In this document: positions 33,726 to 46,340 of the stretch, piece by piece
Position numbering within the stretch: position 1 is the stretch's first letter
Layout: each line of letters opens with the position of its first letter
DNA from: Hyaloraphidium curvatum SAG 235-1
Lineage: Eukaryota; Fungi; Monoblepharomycota
Reading direction: 5' to 3'
NCBI GenBank assembly: GCA_025558095.1
Contig: JAIVFI010000033.1
Location: 499,940 to 563,939, forward strand
Length of the DNA: 64,000 nt
Translations under genes and position numbers: made by a program
Notes under the pieces: model-generated
What the model was told of the DNA's origin: nothing
Database searches by the model: none
The model's input: only the letters and a program-made list of their open reading frames with translations

Positions 33726-35070
33726 ATGCCATCGTCAGCCGAGCTCGCCGCGCTGTGCGCCGCCGACCCCGAGTTCCGCCTGCACGCGCGGCGGTGGGAC
33801 GGCGGCTTCGTCCTCAAAATCGGGGAGACCGCGCTGCAAGTGTCGCTCAAGGACGGGACGCCCGAGGCAGGCGAGCCGCAGGGCGACGACGTGGTCGAGA
33901 TCCAGGCGTCGCAGGAGGTGTGGGATCAGGTGCTGGCAAAGGTGCCGCCGAGGTGCGTCCATCGGTCGGCACATCTCCTGGTCCCTCTGGTTTATCGCCC
34001 TCGGATTTAGGTTCTTGAACCAACTGTGGCCCGCCACCGAATCCGGCCTCAAATCCACCCGCAACCACCTCGTCTTCTGCCAGCGCTACTCGGCCGTCGA
34101 TCGCGCCATCGAGCTCCTCCGCGCCGCTACCTCGGGCCCCGCCCCGCAGCGCCCCGCCGCCTCCCCGCCCAAGCAGGCGGGCGACTTCGACTCCCCCGTG
34201 GGCCGCTACATCCGCCTCGACCTCAGCGGCGAGCAGCACCGCATCTACTTCGAGTCCGCCGGCGAGGGCATCCCCCTGCTGCTGCAGCACACGGCCGGCT
34301 CGCACGGCACGCAGTGGCGGCACCTCTTCGAGATGCCCGAGATCACCTCCCGCTTCAAACTGATCGCATACGACCTCCCGCACCACGGCAAGTCCGTCCC
34401 CCCCGAGGGCGCGGCGTGGTGGGCGCGCCCGTACAAGCTCACCAAGGAGCGCGCGATGGAGCTTCCCGTCAAGCTGGCCGAGGCGCTGCAGCTGGACAGG
34501 CCCGCGTTCATGGGGTGCTCCGTCGGCGGCCTCCTCGCGCTCGACCTGGCGCGGTACCACCCCGAAAAGTTCCGCGCGGTGGTCGCCGTCGAGCCCTCGC
34601 TCAAGGTGCGCGCCGACCTGTCGCAGTTCTGGACGCTCTGGGACCCGCGCATCTCCAACGAGTTCAAGGCCCGCATGATGCGCGGGCTGACCGCCCCGAC
34701 CTCCCCCGAAAACCTGCGCCGCGAGACGGAGCACACCTACGCCGCCGGGTGGCCGCCCGCGTTCTTGGGCGACCTGCACTACTACGCCGACGACCACGAC
34801 CTCCGTGCCGAGGCATCCAACATCGACACCGAAGCATGCCAGGTGCACATGCTGACGGGGGAGTACGACGCGTCGGCCACGCTCGAGGACGGGAGGGAGT
34901 GCCACGCGGCGATCCGGGGGTCGACGTTCGCGGAGATGCTGGGGATGGGGCACTTCCCGATGAGCGAGGATCCGCAGGGGTTCGCGGGGTACCTGATGCC
35001 GATCCTGGACAAGATCGCGGCGGGAGGCGAGGGGGGGAAGCACGCGAACGGGGTCAGCGGGGATCACTGA
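33726..35070 (+). CDS. Alpha/beta hydrolase with an N-terminal SCP2-like lipid-binding domain
   Basis: HTAGSHG, YDLPHHGKS, nucleophile GCSVGG, GEYD, GHFPMSE; intron 33953-34010. The SCP2-like call for the N-terminus is an inference from its pattern. Confidence 0.85.
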
Positions 35071-35472
35071 TGGTGACGGGAAGCAGCAAGGGTGCTGTTC
35101 GTCGCAGTCACGGCGTTGTTTCGGTGTTTCCGCGTTCGAACACTCTCGGTGTCGTCATGACATGCTCATGATCTGCCCGACCTGCCACACTTGCTGCCTC
35201 CCCAGCTTCCCAGCCCTGTGTCCTAGCCATCCACGTCAAGGACTCGGGAACACCGTGTCGGCGGCAGTTGGGTCCGCAAGCATCGCGGTGGCGTCTTGGC
35301 CCCCCATCGTCTCCTTTCTGCAGCGCCTACAACCAATCATCACCGACGTTCTCGCTCTTCCCTGTATGAGGTTTCTAGCGCATCGATCGCCGGGACCATT
35401 CTGGAGAGCTGGAGGCGGCCGACCGTGCGGAACGACCGCCAACTGTCCCCCGTCCGCCCCGCTCCCACAGCC

Positions 35473-36177
35473 ATGGCCCCCCTCCCGGGCATCCTCCAGT
35501 TCATCACGTCGCTCGTCGACGGCGACGGCAAGCCCGTGCCGGCGGACGTTCTGGACTCGCTGCGGGACAAGGCCGTCGGGTGAACCGAACCGGGCCGCGG
35601 GTCCGGACGAATGGGCTGACCGGAGGGAGGGCAGGCTGTACTTCTCGGCGCTGTGGTGTCCGCCGTGCAGGCAGTTCGCGCCGAGTGGGTTCCGTCGGGT
35701 CCGTCGCTCGCCGCAACGGAAGGACGGCCTGACTCCGGCCCTCGGCCGGCAGTGCTCGCCGACTACGCCTCGGCCCGCTCCAAGGACCTCGCCATCGTCT
35801 ACGTCTCCAACGACCACTCGGAGCCCGAATTCCTCAAAAACATCGCCGGCAAGCCCTTCCTCGCCGTGCCGTACGCGGACCTCCGCGCGAGGCAGATCCT
35901 CTCCACCGCCCTCGAGATCGCCTCCATCCCGACGCTGGCCGTGTGCGAGCCCGGGACGGGGCTGGTGGTGAGCTTTGGGGGGAGGGAGGAGGTGACGTAC
36001 CACAAGATGAGGAGGGCCGAGGATCCGCTGGCCAAGTGGGTGGGCAAGGGGGCCAAGGGGAACCTGGAGGAGCAGGAGGAAGAAAGGAAAAGGAAGGAGG
36101 CCGAGGGGGGCGAGGGAGGGCAGGGAGGGGAAAGCAGTGGGTTCCACGCGGTGTGGGCTGGGCGTTCACTGTGCTGA
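35473..36177 (+). CDS. Nucleoredoxin/tryparedoxin-like thioredoxin
   Basis: KAVG|LYFSALWCPPCRQFAP|...IVYVSND...FLAVPY...IPTL; two introns. Confidence 0.88.
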
Positions 36178-36285
36178 CCGCCCCGTACCCTTCGCCAGAG
36201 CTCTGAATCTCTTGCAAGGTGGACTGTGGTATCATGTGCCAGTTTCAATGAAGTAGATGTCTTCATCCTCCCGTTGCTTCCGCCC

Positions 36286-37618
36286 TCAGTAGACGGCCGA
36301 CGCCCTCCCGCCGTCCTCGACCTCCTCCGCCTCCTCGACGCTCTCCCGCAGGTCCCTTACGTACTCCTCCACCGCGCCCTCGTGCAGCAGCGACAGCATC
36401 AGGTGCAGCCCGGGCGGCTGCCTCACCATCCCCGGCACCCATCCGCGGCGCGCCATCCCCGCGGCGATCGCGTCCGCGGACTTGCGGGGGTGCCCGAACG
36501 ACACGATCGTCAGGTCCGGTTTCCCGTAGACCCGCATCCCGGGGACGCCCTCGATCCCCTTCACGTACGCTTCCCTCGTCGCGATCAGCCTCCTCGCCAT
36601 GGCCACGTAGCCCTCCCTCCCCAGGTACCGCAGCACGGCCCACGCGGCGGCGACGGCGCCGCCCGGGCGGGTGCCGGCGAGCGTGTGCGTGGCGAAGCGG
36701 CCGTTGGGCCAGACGTCGAGGTCGAGGAGCTGGTGGGCGTGGAGGGCGGGGGTGCGGTAGAAGACGGTCGAGGCGGGCTTGGGGCACATTCCGAACTGCC
36801 GACCGGGAGGAGGCGTTAGGGGGTCGGGAGAGCCAACGAGTGGCGTTGCGGTGAAGCACCTTGTGGAGGTCCGCGGACAGGCTCGACACGCCGGGAAGGG
36901 CAAAGTCAAAGTCCGGGATGGGCAGCCCCAGGTCGCGCGCGAACGGGGCGAGGTAGCCCCCCACGCAGGCGTCCACGTGCAGCCACACGTCCTTGGAGAT
37001 CGCCAGCTCCGACAGCGCTGGGATCGGATCGACGACGCCGTAAGGGAAGCAGGGGACCGAACCGACGATCATGATGGTGTCGGCGTCGATGGCGGCGGCC
37101 ATCTTCGAGACGTCCGCCCGCAGGTCCTCGCCCACGGGCACCCGCCGCACGGGGAGGTCCATCAGCGCGGCGCCCTTGTCGAAGGCCGGGTGCGCCGTCA
37201 CGGGAAGCACCAGGTTGCCTCTGAACTGGGAATCCCCCCGCTTCTGCCTGCTGTGGTCGCGGCACGCCTTGACGGCCATCACGATCGACTCGGTGCCGCC
37301 CGACGTCATGTTTCCCTGCGCGCCCGGCGGGCCGAGGAAGAGGTCCAGCGCCATCGCCACGACCTCGTCCTCCATCCTCCTCAGGCTGTGGAACGCCCTC
37401 TTGCCGCCCAGCGCGTTTTCGGAAAAGTACGCGTTGAAGGCGGCCTGGCCGACCTCGGCGACGCCCTCGACGGCGCCGAAGACGTAGAGCGGCACGCGTC
37501 CGGCCTTCCACGCGGCGTCGCCCTCTTTCATGTCCTGCAGGCGCGATGCGACCTCGGCGGCCGGCAGGCCCGACGCCGGGAACCTAGTCTGCGATTCGCT
37601 GGCGTCCGACGCGGGCAT
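36286..37618 (-). CDS. Sphingosine-1-phosphate lyase-like PLP-dependent enzyme (soluble, bacterial-type, no TM anchor)
   Basis: TSGGTESI, AHPAFDKG, GS.P.FPYGVVDPI..L, LHVDACVGG, DF.LPGVSSLSADLHK|FG..PK..S, GTRPGG..AAAWA; one intron. Confidence 0.87.
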
Positions 37619-37742
37619 ATTGAGGGAATAGAGGTGCTAGCGGGTTAGTTGAGGTGATTCGCGGGAGCCGCCACCGATCAGTCTCCCGCGACTGCCTCCC
37701 GCCCTCCTTCGCTGCCCATCGCGCGTCGTCATTCTCTGAGAG

Positions 37743-39175
37743 ATGGCACCGGGCCCGCGTCCCTCCCTGCTCCGCCCGCCCGCGCCGGACGTCGACCGCA
37801 TGGGCGCGCTGCTCCCCTTCGACGACCCGGCGTGGATGCAAGACTGGTTCTCGCCGTACCACTCGGCCTCGCACTTTGCCCTGGCCCGCTTCGTGCGCGC
37901 CTTCATGGAGGAGGAGATCCTGCCGCACGTCGAGGACTGGGAGGAGGCCGGCGAGGTCCCCGATGCGGTGTTCGGCAGGTTCGCCGAGCTCGGCCTGGTG
38001 GCGCTGCATTTCGCGCCCGACGACCCGGAGGTGTACGACCTGCTGCCGGAGGGGTTCCCGATCCCGGCGGGCCTGCGGAGGGGTGACATCGATCACTTCC
38101 ACAAGGTGGGCCGGCCTGCAGGGGGGCCTTTCATCGAACTGACGGCCTTCACCTGCCCTGACGGCAGATGATCCTGCTGAACGAGCTGCACCGCGTCGCG
38201 TCGGCCGGCGTCATGGCGGGCTGCTATTTCGGCGGGAACGCCATGTCCCTCCCCTGCGTCCTCCGCCACGCCACGGACTCGGTGCGCCGCCGCGCCGTGC
38301 GCGAGGTGTGCTCCGGCCGCGCGAGGATGTGCATCGCCGTCACGGAGCCGGGCACGGGCAGCGACGTGGCCAACATCGAGTGCTCGGCGGTGCTATCGGA
38401 AGACGGGAAGCACTTCGTCGTCAACGGCACGAAAAAGTGGATCACGTACGGGCTCAGGTCGGACTACTTCCTCACCGCCGTCCGGACCGGCGGCCCGGGC
38501 GCGTCGGGAGTCAGCCTCCTGCTGATCGAGCGCGCGCACGGGGGCGTGCTCACGCGGCGCATGAAGATGCAGGGCGGCCACGCTTCCCAGACGACGTTTG
38601 TCGAGTTCCGCGACACCAAGGTGCCCGTCGAGAACCTCGTGGGCGAGCTCGGCAAGGGCTTCCGCCTGACCATGGCCAACTTCAATTCGGAGCGGATCGA
38701 CATGCTCGCCGGCGCGCTCACCTCCTCCCGCGTCGCGTACGGCGAGGCCCTGCGCTACGCCTTCGTCCGGCGCACCTTCGGCAAGCTGCTGATCGAGCAC
38801 CCCGTGATCCGCGCCAAGCTCGCCGGCATGGTGCGGCAGATCGAGTCCGCGCAAGCGTGGCTGGACCTCCTCGTGCACCAGCAGTCCCGGTTCGCGCGGC
38901 TCCCCGGAGGCCGCGAGCTGTTCGACGACCGCGCGGCCCCTGCCATCGCGCTGCTAAAGGCGCACGCGACGCTCGTGATGGAGCACGTCGCCCGCGAGGC
39001 TGCGCAGATCTTCGGCGGGCTCGCGTACACGCGAGGGGGCCGGGGCGGCACGGTGGAGCGGGTGTACAGGGACAAGAACTGGTACGCGATACCGGGGGGC
39101 AGCGAGGAGATCATGCTGGATTTCGCGCTCAGGGACGGGATGAAGAAGGCGAGGGGGATGGGGGCCAGCCTGTGA
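37743..39175 (+). CDS. Acyl-CoA dehydrogenase
   Basis: AVTEPGTGSDVA, VNGTKKWIT, FNSER, R.TFGK.LIEHPVIR, QIFGGLAY, IPGGSEEIM; intron 38106-38167. Confidence 0.93.
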
Positions 39176-39574
39176 GGTGCTGGCCGCGGGGGTGCCGGGT
39201 CGGGACGGCGACGGTGTGCGGGAATGGGTGCCGCAGTCCGCGCTCCGGGACCGGTGCTATCGAGCGATGCAGGCATTAGGGAACCGATTTGGGCGGCATA
39301 AGGATGGGGTGCGGACGGATGTTTCCGGCAAGCTGCCACCGAATTGACCCGGACGGGTCGAAATGACACTCTCCAAGAGCCAGAGCACTCTTCTTTGCCT
39401 AATGTGACATGTTGAAGTTGCCGGCAGACGGAAAGGAACGAGGACCGACGCTGCTGGCTCCGCTTGGCGTACAGCCGCAGGCGGCGGGGCTTAGCAGGGT
39501 TCCCCCGTCTTCACACACACACCGGACAGAATGGAGCCCAAATGGCCCCGTCGGTCCTCCTAGACGACCGCAAT

Positions 39575-42522
39575 ATGTCTCCCGACCGGCGCCCGCGGGG
39601 GCGGCCCCGATTCGCGGCGGGGGCTGCGTTGCTTGCGGCATCCCTGTGGACTCTCTTCCGCCCCATTGCCGCGGGCCACAGCTGCACGTACGGGCAGCCG
39701 ACCCTCTCCTCGGCGATTCTTTACGAGCGCCTGGCGTTCGACGTCGAGCTCGGCGTGGTGTCTTGCCGGGGCAATGTCGCCGCCGTGGGCACCGTGCTGT
39801 CGGACATTGTCGAGCTGCCCGCCGCGGTCCCCACGCGGGACGCCCTGTTCCCGCAGGAGTCCCAGCAGGGGGGACTCAACGGACTTCTGTTTGTCAACGG
39901 GCTGATGAACGGCATCGGCGCCCGCGACTTTGCCGTCTCGGCGTGGATCTGGCCGCACATCGGCCCGGGCGAGGACCGCGCCTACCTGATCGACGCCTAC
40001 GGGCCGGGCGGGTTCAACGACCTTCGTTTCACGATGGGTGTGGGATTCGGCGTTTTAGAGGCCGCGGTGTGGACCGGCAGCTCCCTCCAGGGCGGCAACA
40101 GCGGCCAGGCCGTCGAGGTGGCGGGCGTGTCGACCGTGCCCAAGTGGATCCACGTTGCCGTCACCCGCACGGGGACGGAGCTCAGCTTCTACATCAACGG
40201 CCGCGACACGGGCACCGGGGCCGAGGTGCAGGCCGTCGGCGACTTTTCGGACATCGCCAACATCACCATCGGCACGCAGCGCATCGGCGTCGCCTCGGCC
40301 AACCGCTGGTTGGGTCAGGTCGACGACATCCGCGTCTACGTGGGCACGGTATCCGCCTCCGAGATCTACGGCATCTTTCGCGCCTCGCACTCGGCCTACA
40401 ACGCCGTCCAGCAGGTCGGCTTCTCGAGCTTCAGCGTGGCCTACCCGGCCCAGCCCGGCGGCGACACGCAAATGTACCTGGGGTTCAACGCCACCTACGA
40501 CAACACGTACTACATGCTGATGCCGTCGATGGGAACCTTCACCGGTGCCCCGGCCACAGTGGACCAGGTGGGTGTTCGTGTTGCGTTCCGCGCCGGCTGC
40601 ACGCCGACGCGCCCCTCCAGGTCGTCACGGGCCCTCTGCGCGGTTTCGGCATCAGCATGCTGGCACAGCTGGACTTTTGGCGTCCGGATGCCGCCATCGC
40701 CACAGGCGGCTCCGCCTGGGTGTTCACCACGGGCGACCTCCCTTCCCGCATCCGAGTGCTCCGGCCCGATTTCACGCTGGACGGAAACACCCAGGCGCCC
40801 GTGTGCGACTTCTTTCTGGTAGAGGCACCCAACGGCATGATACAGCAGGAGGTCACGCAAACGTTCCTTGCCCAAGACCAGGCTGTGGCGCTGCCCCAGT
40901 TCGAGCGCGTCGGTGCGGTGGTCCACCCCGTCCGCCCGGAGCTCGGGCGCGGGCTGCTGCCGCAAATCACGAGCTACGTGATGGCGCCGAGGACGACGTA
41001 CGCTGTGGCGACGGCGTTCTGCAACGTCTTCCAGATCCCCTCGTACGTCGAAGCCGCTGGCATCGGGTCGATCCTAGTGACGGAGAGCGGCTTCGCGGCA
41101 CCGCTTTCGCTGGTGAGGACCGGAATCGGCGAACCCTGGTACTCGTATGGCACCGGCATCTACCTCCTCTTCGACATCGAGGTCGAGGCGCCCGGTTTCC
41201 AGGGCGTGGACAACGCCGTGGATGGGGCGGCTTTGGTGCCCGACGGCGGCTATCTCATGAACGCCGAGGCTGCCGTCGCTGCCTCCTTTACCGTCGGCGC
41301 TTCCAACCTCCGCCTGGACGGATTCACGATCCGCTTCTACGGCCCCGCCCTTCCCGAATGGTTCAGCTGCACCGTGGAGCTGCACCTCGTCGACACGACA
41401 CTCAGCCCGCCCCTCCCCACCGGCCCCGCCCTGGCCACGGGCTCCATCCTCGCCTCGGGCCACTCCACCTCCCGCACATCCCTCTCCTTCATGGCCCCCG
41501 AGGCGGTGTCCGCCGTCACGCTGCGCCGGGGGAAGCGATACTCGCTCAAGGTCGGCCCGTGCGACATGGATGTCTCGTGGGGGCACGCCGCCGCGGTGCC
41601 GTTCCGCAGGCGGCGCCGCCAGGGGCCGACGACCACCTCGGACGTGTCGCTGGACCCGTGGTTCCTGTACCTCGTGGGCACGGCCGAGTGGATCGCCGCC
41701 CCTGCGTACGACCTCCTCTGGAGCATGGACGTATCCAAGGAGCCGACGTCGGTGGAATCCGTGACGGGCCGCTTGGTGGTCACTCTCCCCCCGAACCAGT
41801 GCGGCACCAGCGGGACGTACGGCGTCGCGTTCACGCCTTCGTGCGACCTGCCTTGCCCGCAGCTCCCGGCCTTCCAGGTCGACGCCGGGGTCGCGGAGCC
41901 GGACGGGTGGTGCCGCGACAACAGGACCGCCGCGCCGTTCGGCGTCGGACCGCACACGGTCACCGTCACGGAGGTCCCCGGGCCGGCGATCAGGTATCCC
42001 GGCGATTGGGCCCTCTGGTACCTGCGCGTCGTCACCGACGGGACCCACATGAAGAGGGTGGTGGTCCGCAACGCCACCTTGGAGCTCCCTGACCGGCCGG
42101 AGGGGAGCCCCTGGCGGAGCCGCGTGCTGTGGTTACCCAGCGGAGCGATGCCGCTGGGCACCGCCGTCGGCTTCCCCGACGGCCTGCCCGGCACCGAGGG
42201 CGTGCTGTACCGGTTTCCTACGGACTGTGCCGCGGGCACGGCGAACGATACAGGGGCGGACTGCGCGCGGTTCGGGGTGCGGATGAGCATGGGGAACTCC
42301 GAAGACAGCTACCTGCTGGAGGAGGGGGTGGACACGGGGACGACGAGGGTCGGGCTGGTGGTCAATGTGGACGTGGAATACTTCACGAATGCGCCGTCGC
42401 CAGGTCGGAAGAGGTCGGAGGGGGGCGGGCGGACGGCTTCGCTGGAGTTGCGGGCCGAGACGACGGTGCGGATGGGGAAGTCGGTGGCGGGGAGGAAGCT
42501 CAGGGTGCACGGTTCGTGGTGA
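39575..42522 (+). CDS. Secreted LamG-domain protein, paralog C
   Basis: LamG half nearly identical to paralog B; intron 40568-40620; C-terminal half similar to D; ends RKR...GRKLRVHGSW. Confidence 0.85.
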
Positions 42523-42956
42523 TATTTGGCGCTCTTTCTCATGGTCTGTAGTTGAAATTGCTGCCTGTGTCGTTCCCCGAGAAGAGATGCTTTGTCCGCA
42601 GTGAATCTCGGTTGGCACTGTGATGGTTTGCTTTTCGGACAGCTAAAGCACCGCTTTTCTAGGGGGCGAAAAGCAGCCGCTTTTCGCTATCTTGACCCCC
42701 CCTACTGTGAGCCGACGATGAGACGTCTTTGGTCGTCCCCGAAATGAATGCCTAGGTTCCATCTTTTTCGGATTTCGGATTCCGGTTTCTAGGCGCACAT
42801 TGGCGGAAACAAGTGGCAGCGGCTGACGATTCGAGGTCGCACCCAAGGCCCGATCCGCGGCACGGTGGCTTAGCGGGTCCACCCACCTTTCCCTTGCCCC
42901 CTCCCATGGTAGTGCCGGTTGCCCGGGTCCTCCGAGACCGGCAGACTGTGGCGGCG

Positions 42957-45861
42957 ATGAGCCCGCATCGGCGGCCGCGGGGGCGCCTGCGATTTGCGGC
43001 GGCGGCCCTCTTTGCGTGCCTCTCCGCCCCGCTCCGCCTTGCCGCCGCCGGGCACGACTGCACGTACGGGCAGGGCCCGACGCTCTCCTCGGCCATTTTG
43101 TACGAACGCCTCGCATTTGACACCGTCGTTGGCGTGGTGTCGTGCCGCGGCAACGTGCCCGCCCCGGGCGGCACGGTCGGCGGCGGGCAGGGAGTGGCCG
43201 ACTTCTACCCGCTGCAAGGCTCGGTGCCGGCCCGCGACGCCCTCTACCCGGGCGACAGCATCGCCGTCGACGGCCTGCTCAACGGCATCGGCACCAAAGA
43301 CTTTGCCGTGATGGCGTGGATCTGGCCGCACGTCGGGGACCAGGAACGAGGGGTGCTCATCGACGCCATCGGACCCGGTTTCAGGGACGCGCGGCTGTAC
43401 CTCGGCGTGGGGTTCGGCAGGTTCGAGGCCGACATCTGGACCGGCACCGACCTGCAGAGCCTGCAGGCCGGCGCGCCCGACATCTACGGCAGCCCGTCGG
43501 TGCCAAAGTGGATCCACGTCGGCGTCACCCGCGTCGGAAAGGAGGCCAGGATGTACATCAACGGCCTGAACGTCGGCGGGGCCACCGTGATGAGCGGCGT
43601 GGGCGACATGTCGGACATCACCCAGACCTTGATCGGCACCACGGCCAACACGGCGTGGCCCGGCTGGGCCGACGACTTCCGCGTCTACGTCGGCACGGTG
43701 TCCCCCGAGGAGATGTACGCCATCTTCCGCGTCTCCCACTCCGCGTACAACGCCGTGCAGCAGGTCGGATTCTCGGCTTTCAACGTAACCTTCCCGGCCC
43801 AACCGGGCGGGGACACGAAGATGTTCCTCGGGTTCAACGCGACGTACAATAACACCATCTACAAGCTGACGCCTTCGAGCGGAACCTCCAGCGGCTCCCC
43901 GGCCGTTCTGGGCGAAGACGTGAGTTTCTCCTGGCATCCCGGCGCGGGCCGCAGGCTGACGACGCCGCCAGGTTGCGGTCAGGGGCCCGCTCCGCGGTTT
44001 CGGCATCAACATGCTCGGACCCCCATTCAGTTGGCCGTACGGCGGGTACATTGCTCAGAACCACGCGTGGGTCTTCACCACGGGCGACCTCCCCTCCCGA
44101 ATCCGCGTGTTTCGGCCCGACTATACCTACGACGGGAACGTAAACGGGCAGCAGTTCGTGTGCGACTTCGTGCTCGTTCTGGCACCGAACGGCATGATCC
44201 AAGGCGAGGCCACCGAAACCTTCCTTGCGCGGGACCAGGGCGTCACCGTGCCCCAGTTTGAGCGGCCCGACCAGCCGGTGCACCCCGTCCGCCCGGAGCT
44301 CGGGCGCAGCCTGCTACCGCAGATTACTTCGTACGTGATGGCGCCCCGGACGACGTACGCCGTCGCGACGACGAACTGCAACATTGCGGCCTTCGCCAGC
44401 TACATCTTGCCCGGCGACGTCGGGCCGATCCTCGTGACGGACAGGGGCTTCAGTGCGGGGTTCGCGCTAATGAGGAACAACTACGGCGAAGCCTGGAGCA
44501 ACTACGGCGGTCTCTACCTCTATTTCGACCTCGAGGTCGAGAACCCCGGTTTCCAGGGCGTGGACAACGCCGTGGACGGATCGGGCTTGGTACCCACGGG
44601 CGCCTACCCCACGGGTTGGGGCGTCAACGACATCGCAGCCTCCTTCACCGTCGGCCCCGCCGACATCCGCCTTGACCGCTTTACCATCCGTGTCCAGAAC
44701 CTCACGCTCGACTGGTTCTCCTGCACAGTGGAACTGTACAGCGTCTCCTCCGGCCAGCCCGCTCTCCCCACCGGCCCCCCCCTGGCCGCGGGACAACTGA
44801 TGGCCTCGGGCCATTCCGCCACCGCCACCTCGCTCTCCTTCATGTTTCCGGAGACGGTGGCTGAAGTGCTGTTGCGCCGGGGGCAGCGGTATTCGTTCAA
44901 GATCGGGCCGTGCGACCATGACGGGCTGTCGTGGGCGTATGTGACGACCCCGGGCCGCCGCATCCGGCGCGGGCCCGTGACTAGTGGCGACGTTTCTGTG
45001 GATACCGGATTGTCGTACGACTCGTCGACGGGGCAATGGAGCACAATCCCCGCCGGGAACGAGCTGATCTGGAGCATGGACATCTCGAAGGAGCCGGTGC
45101 CGCCCTATGATTACGCGACGGGGAGCGTGGTGGTCGCCTTTCCCGCGGGACAGTGCGGTGCCACGGGCACGTACGGGGTCAAGTTCACGCCCTCGTGCGA
45201 CCTGCCGTGCCCGGAGCTCCCCCCTTTCCAGGTCAACGCGGCGATCGCGGAGCCGGACGAATGGTGCCGCGACAACAGGACCGCCGCGCCGTTCACCGTG
45301 GGCCCGCACACCATCACGGTGACCGAGGTTCCGGGGCCGACGATCAGGTATCCCGGCGATTGGGCCCTCTGGTACCTCCGCATCCGCACCGACGGCACCC
45401 AGATGAAAAGCGTGGTGCTCCGCAACGCCACCTTGGAGCTGCCGGACCGCGCCGTGGGGAGCCAATGGCGGAGCCGCGTGTTGTGGTATCCCGGCGCAGC
45501 GATGCCGTTGGGCAATGCCCTCAAGTTCCCGCCGGGGGGCAGCGAGATCCTTTACCAGGTCCCCAGCACGTGCGCCGCGGGCACGGCGAACGATACGGGG
45601 GCCGACTGCGTGCGGGTGGGGGTCAGGCTCAACATGGGAAACTCCCCGAACAGCCACGCGCTACAGGAGGGAGTCGACAGCGGGCTGACGAGGGTCCGCC
45701 TCGTGCTGAGCGTCGACGTCAAGTATTGGGATGAGACACAGCCAGCTCGGAAAAGGGACTTGGGAGGTGGCGGGACGGAGGCGCTCGTTGTGCGGGCCGA
45801 GATGACGGTCCGGATGGGGACGCCGGTGGCGGGGAGGAGGCTCAAGGTGCACGGTGAGTAG
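42957..45861 (+). CDS. Secreted LamG-domain protein, paralog D
   Basis: LamG half nearly identical to paralog A; intron 43920-43971; C-terminal half similar to C; ends RKR...GRRLKVHGE. Confidence 0.85.
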
Positions 45862-45995
45862 TCGTTGGGCGGGCGGCCGAACGCCGCGCCGGTTTGCTGT
45901 CTATGTCGTGTTTCGCGGTGAGGAGATGAAAGAACAATGATATGGCTGCACGAGATGTTGGCACTCCCCAGGGAAGCTCTCTCCCAAATCGCCCC

Positions 45996-46340
45996 TCAGT
46001 ACAGGATCGAGTACACCTTCCTGACCTTTTCCGTCACGGCGAACCTGCCCTTCCAACCCTTGGGCAGCACCAGCAGGCCCCCAGGTCCGATCTTGACCGG
46101 CTTGCCCCCGGCCGGCGTGACTTCGATCTCGCCGCTCAGCACGTGCATGCTCTCCGTCACCGGGAACCCGCCGTCCAGAAAGTCCGCGTGGTACGGGTCC
46201 GATTCCCACACGCCGCTCTCGAACTTGCCGTCGTTGAAGGCCTCGGTGCACGTGGCGTTGACGCCGGGGCCGTCGGGCGCAGCGGGCAGCGCGCCGCGGA
46301 CCTCGGCCGCGGTCATCGTGGAGTGCGCGAGGGAGGCCAT
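45996..46340 (-). CDS. Small cupin (EutQ/DUF861-like)
   Basis: ESGVWESDP...ESMHVLSGEIEVT..GG....IGPGG..VLPKGWKGRFAVTEKVRKVYSI. Confidence 0.85.
   Translation of the reverse strand: MASLAHSTMTAAEVRGALPAAPDGPGVNATCTEAFNDGKFESGVWESDPYHADFLDGGFPVTESMHVLSGEIEVTPAGGKPVKIGPGGLLVLPKGWKGRFAVTEKVRKVYSILY

Noticed and set aside
37659-37691. 9-bp inverted repeat TCGCGGGAG/CTCCCGCGA in the lyase-ACAD divergent promoter
   Set aside because: Plausibly chance at this GC content and not found in the other cluster promoters.
19452-45861. Diversity-generating retroelement behind the LamG or LRR variation
   Set aside because: No DGR reverse transcriptase, no template/variable repeat pair, and no adenine-specific pattern seen.
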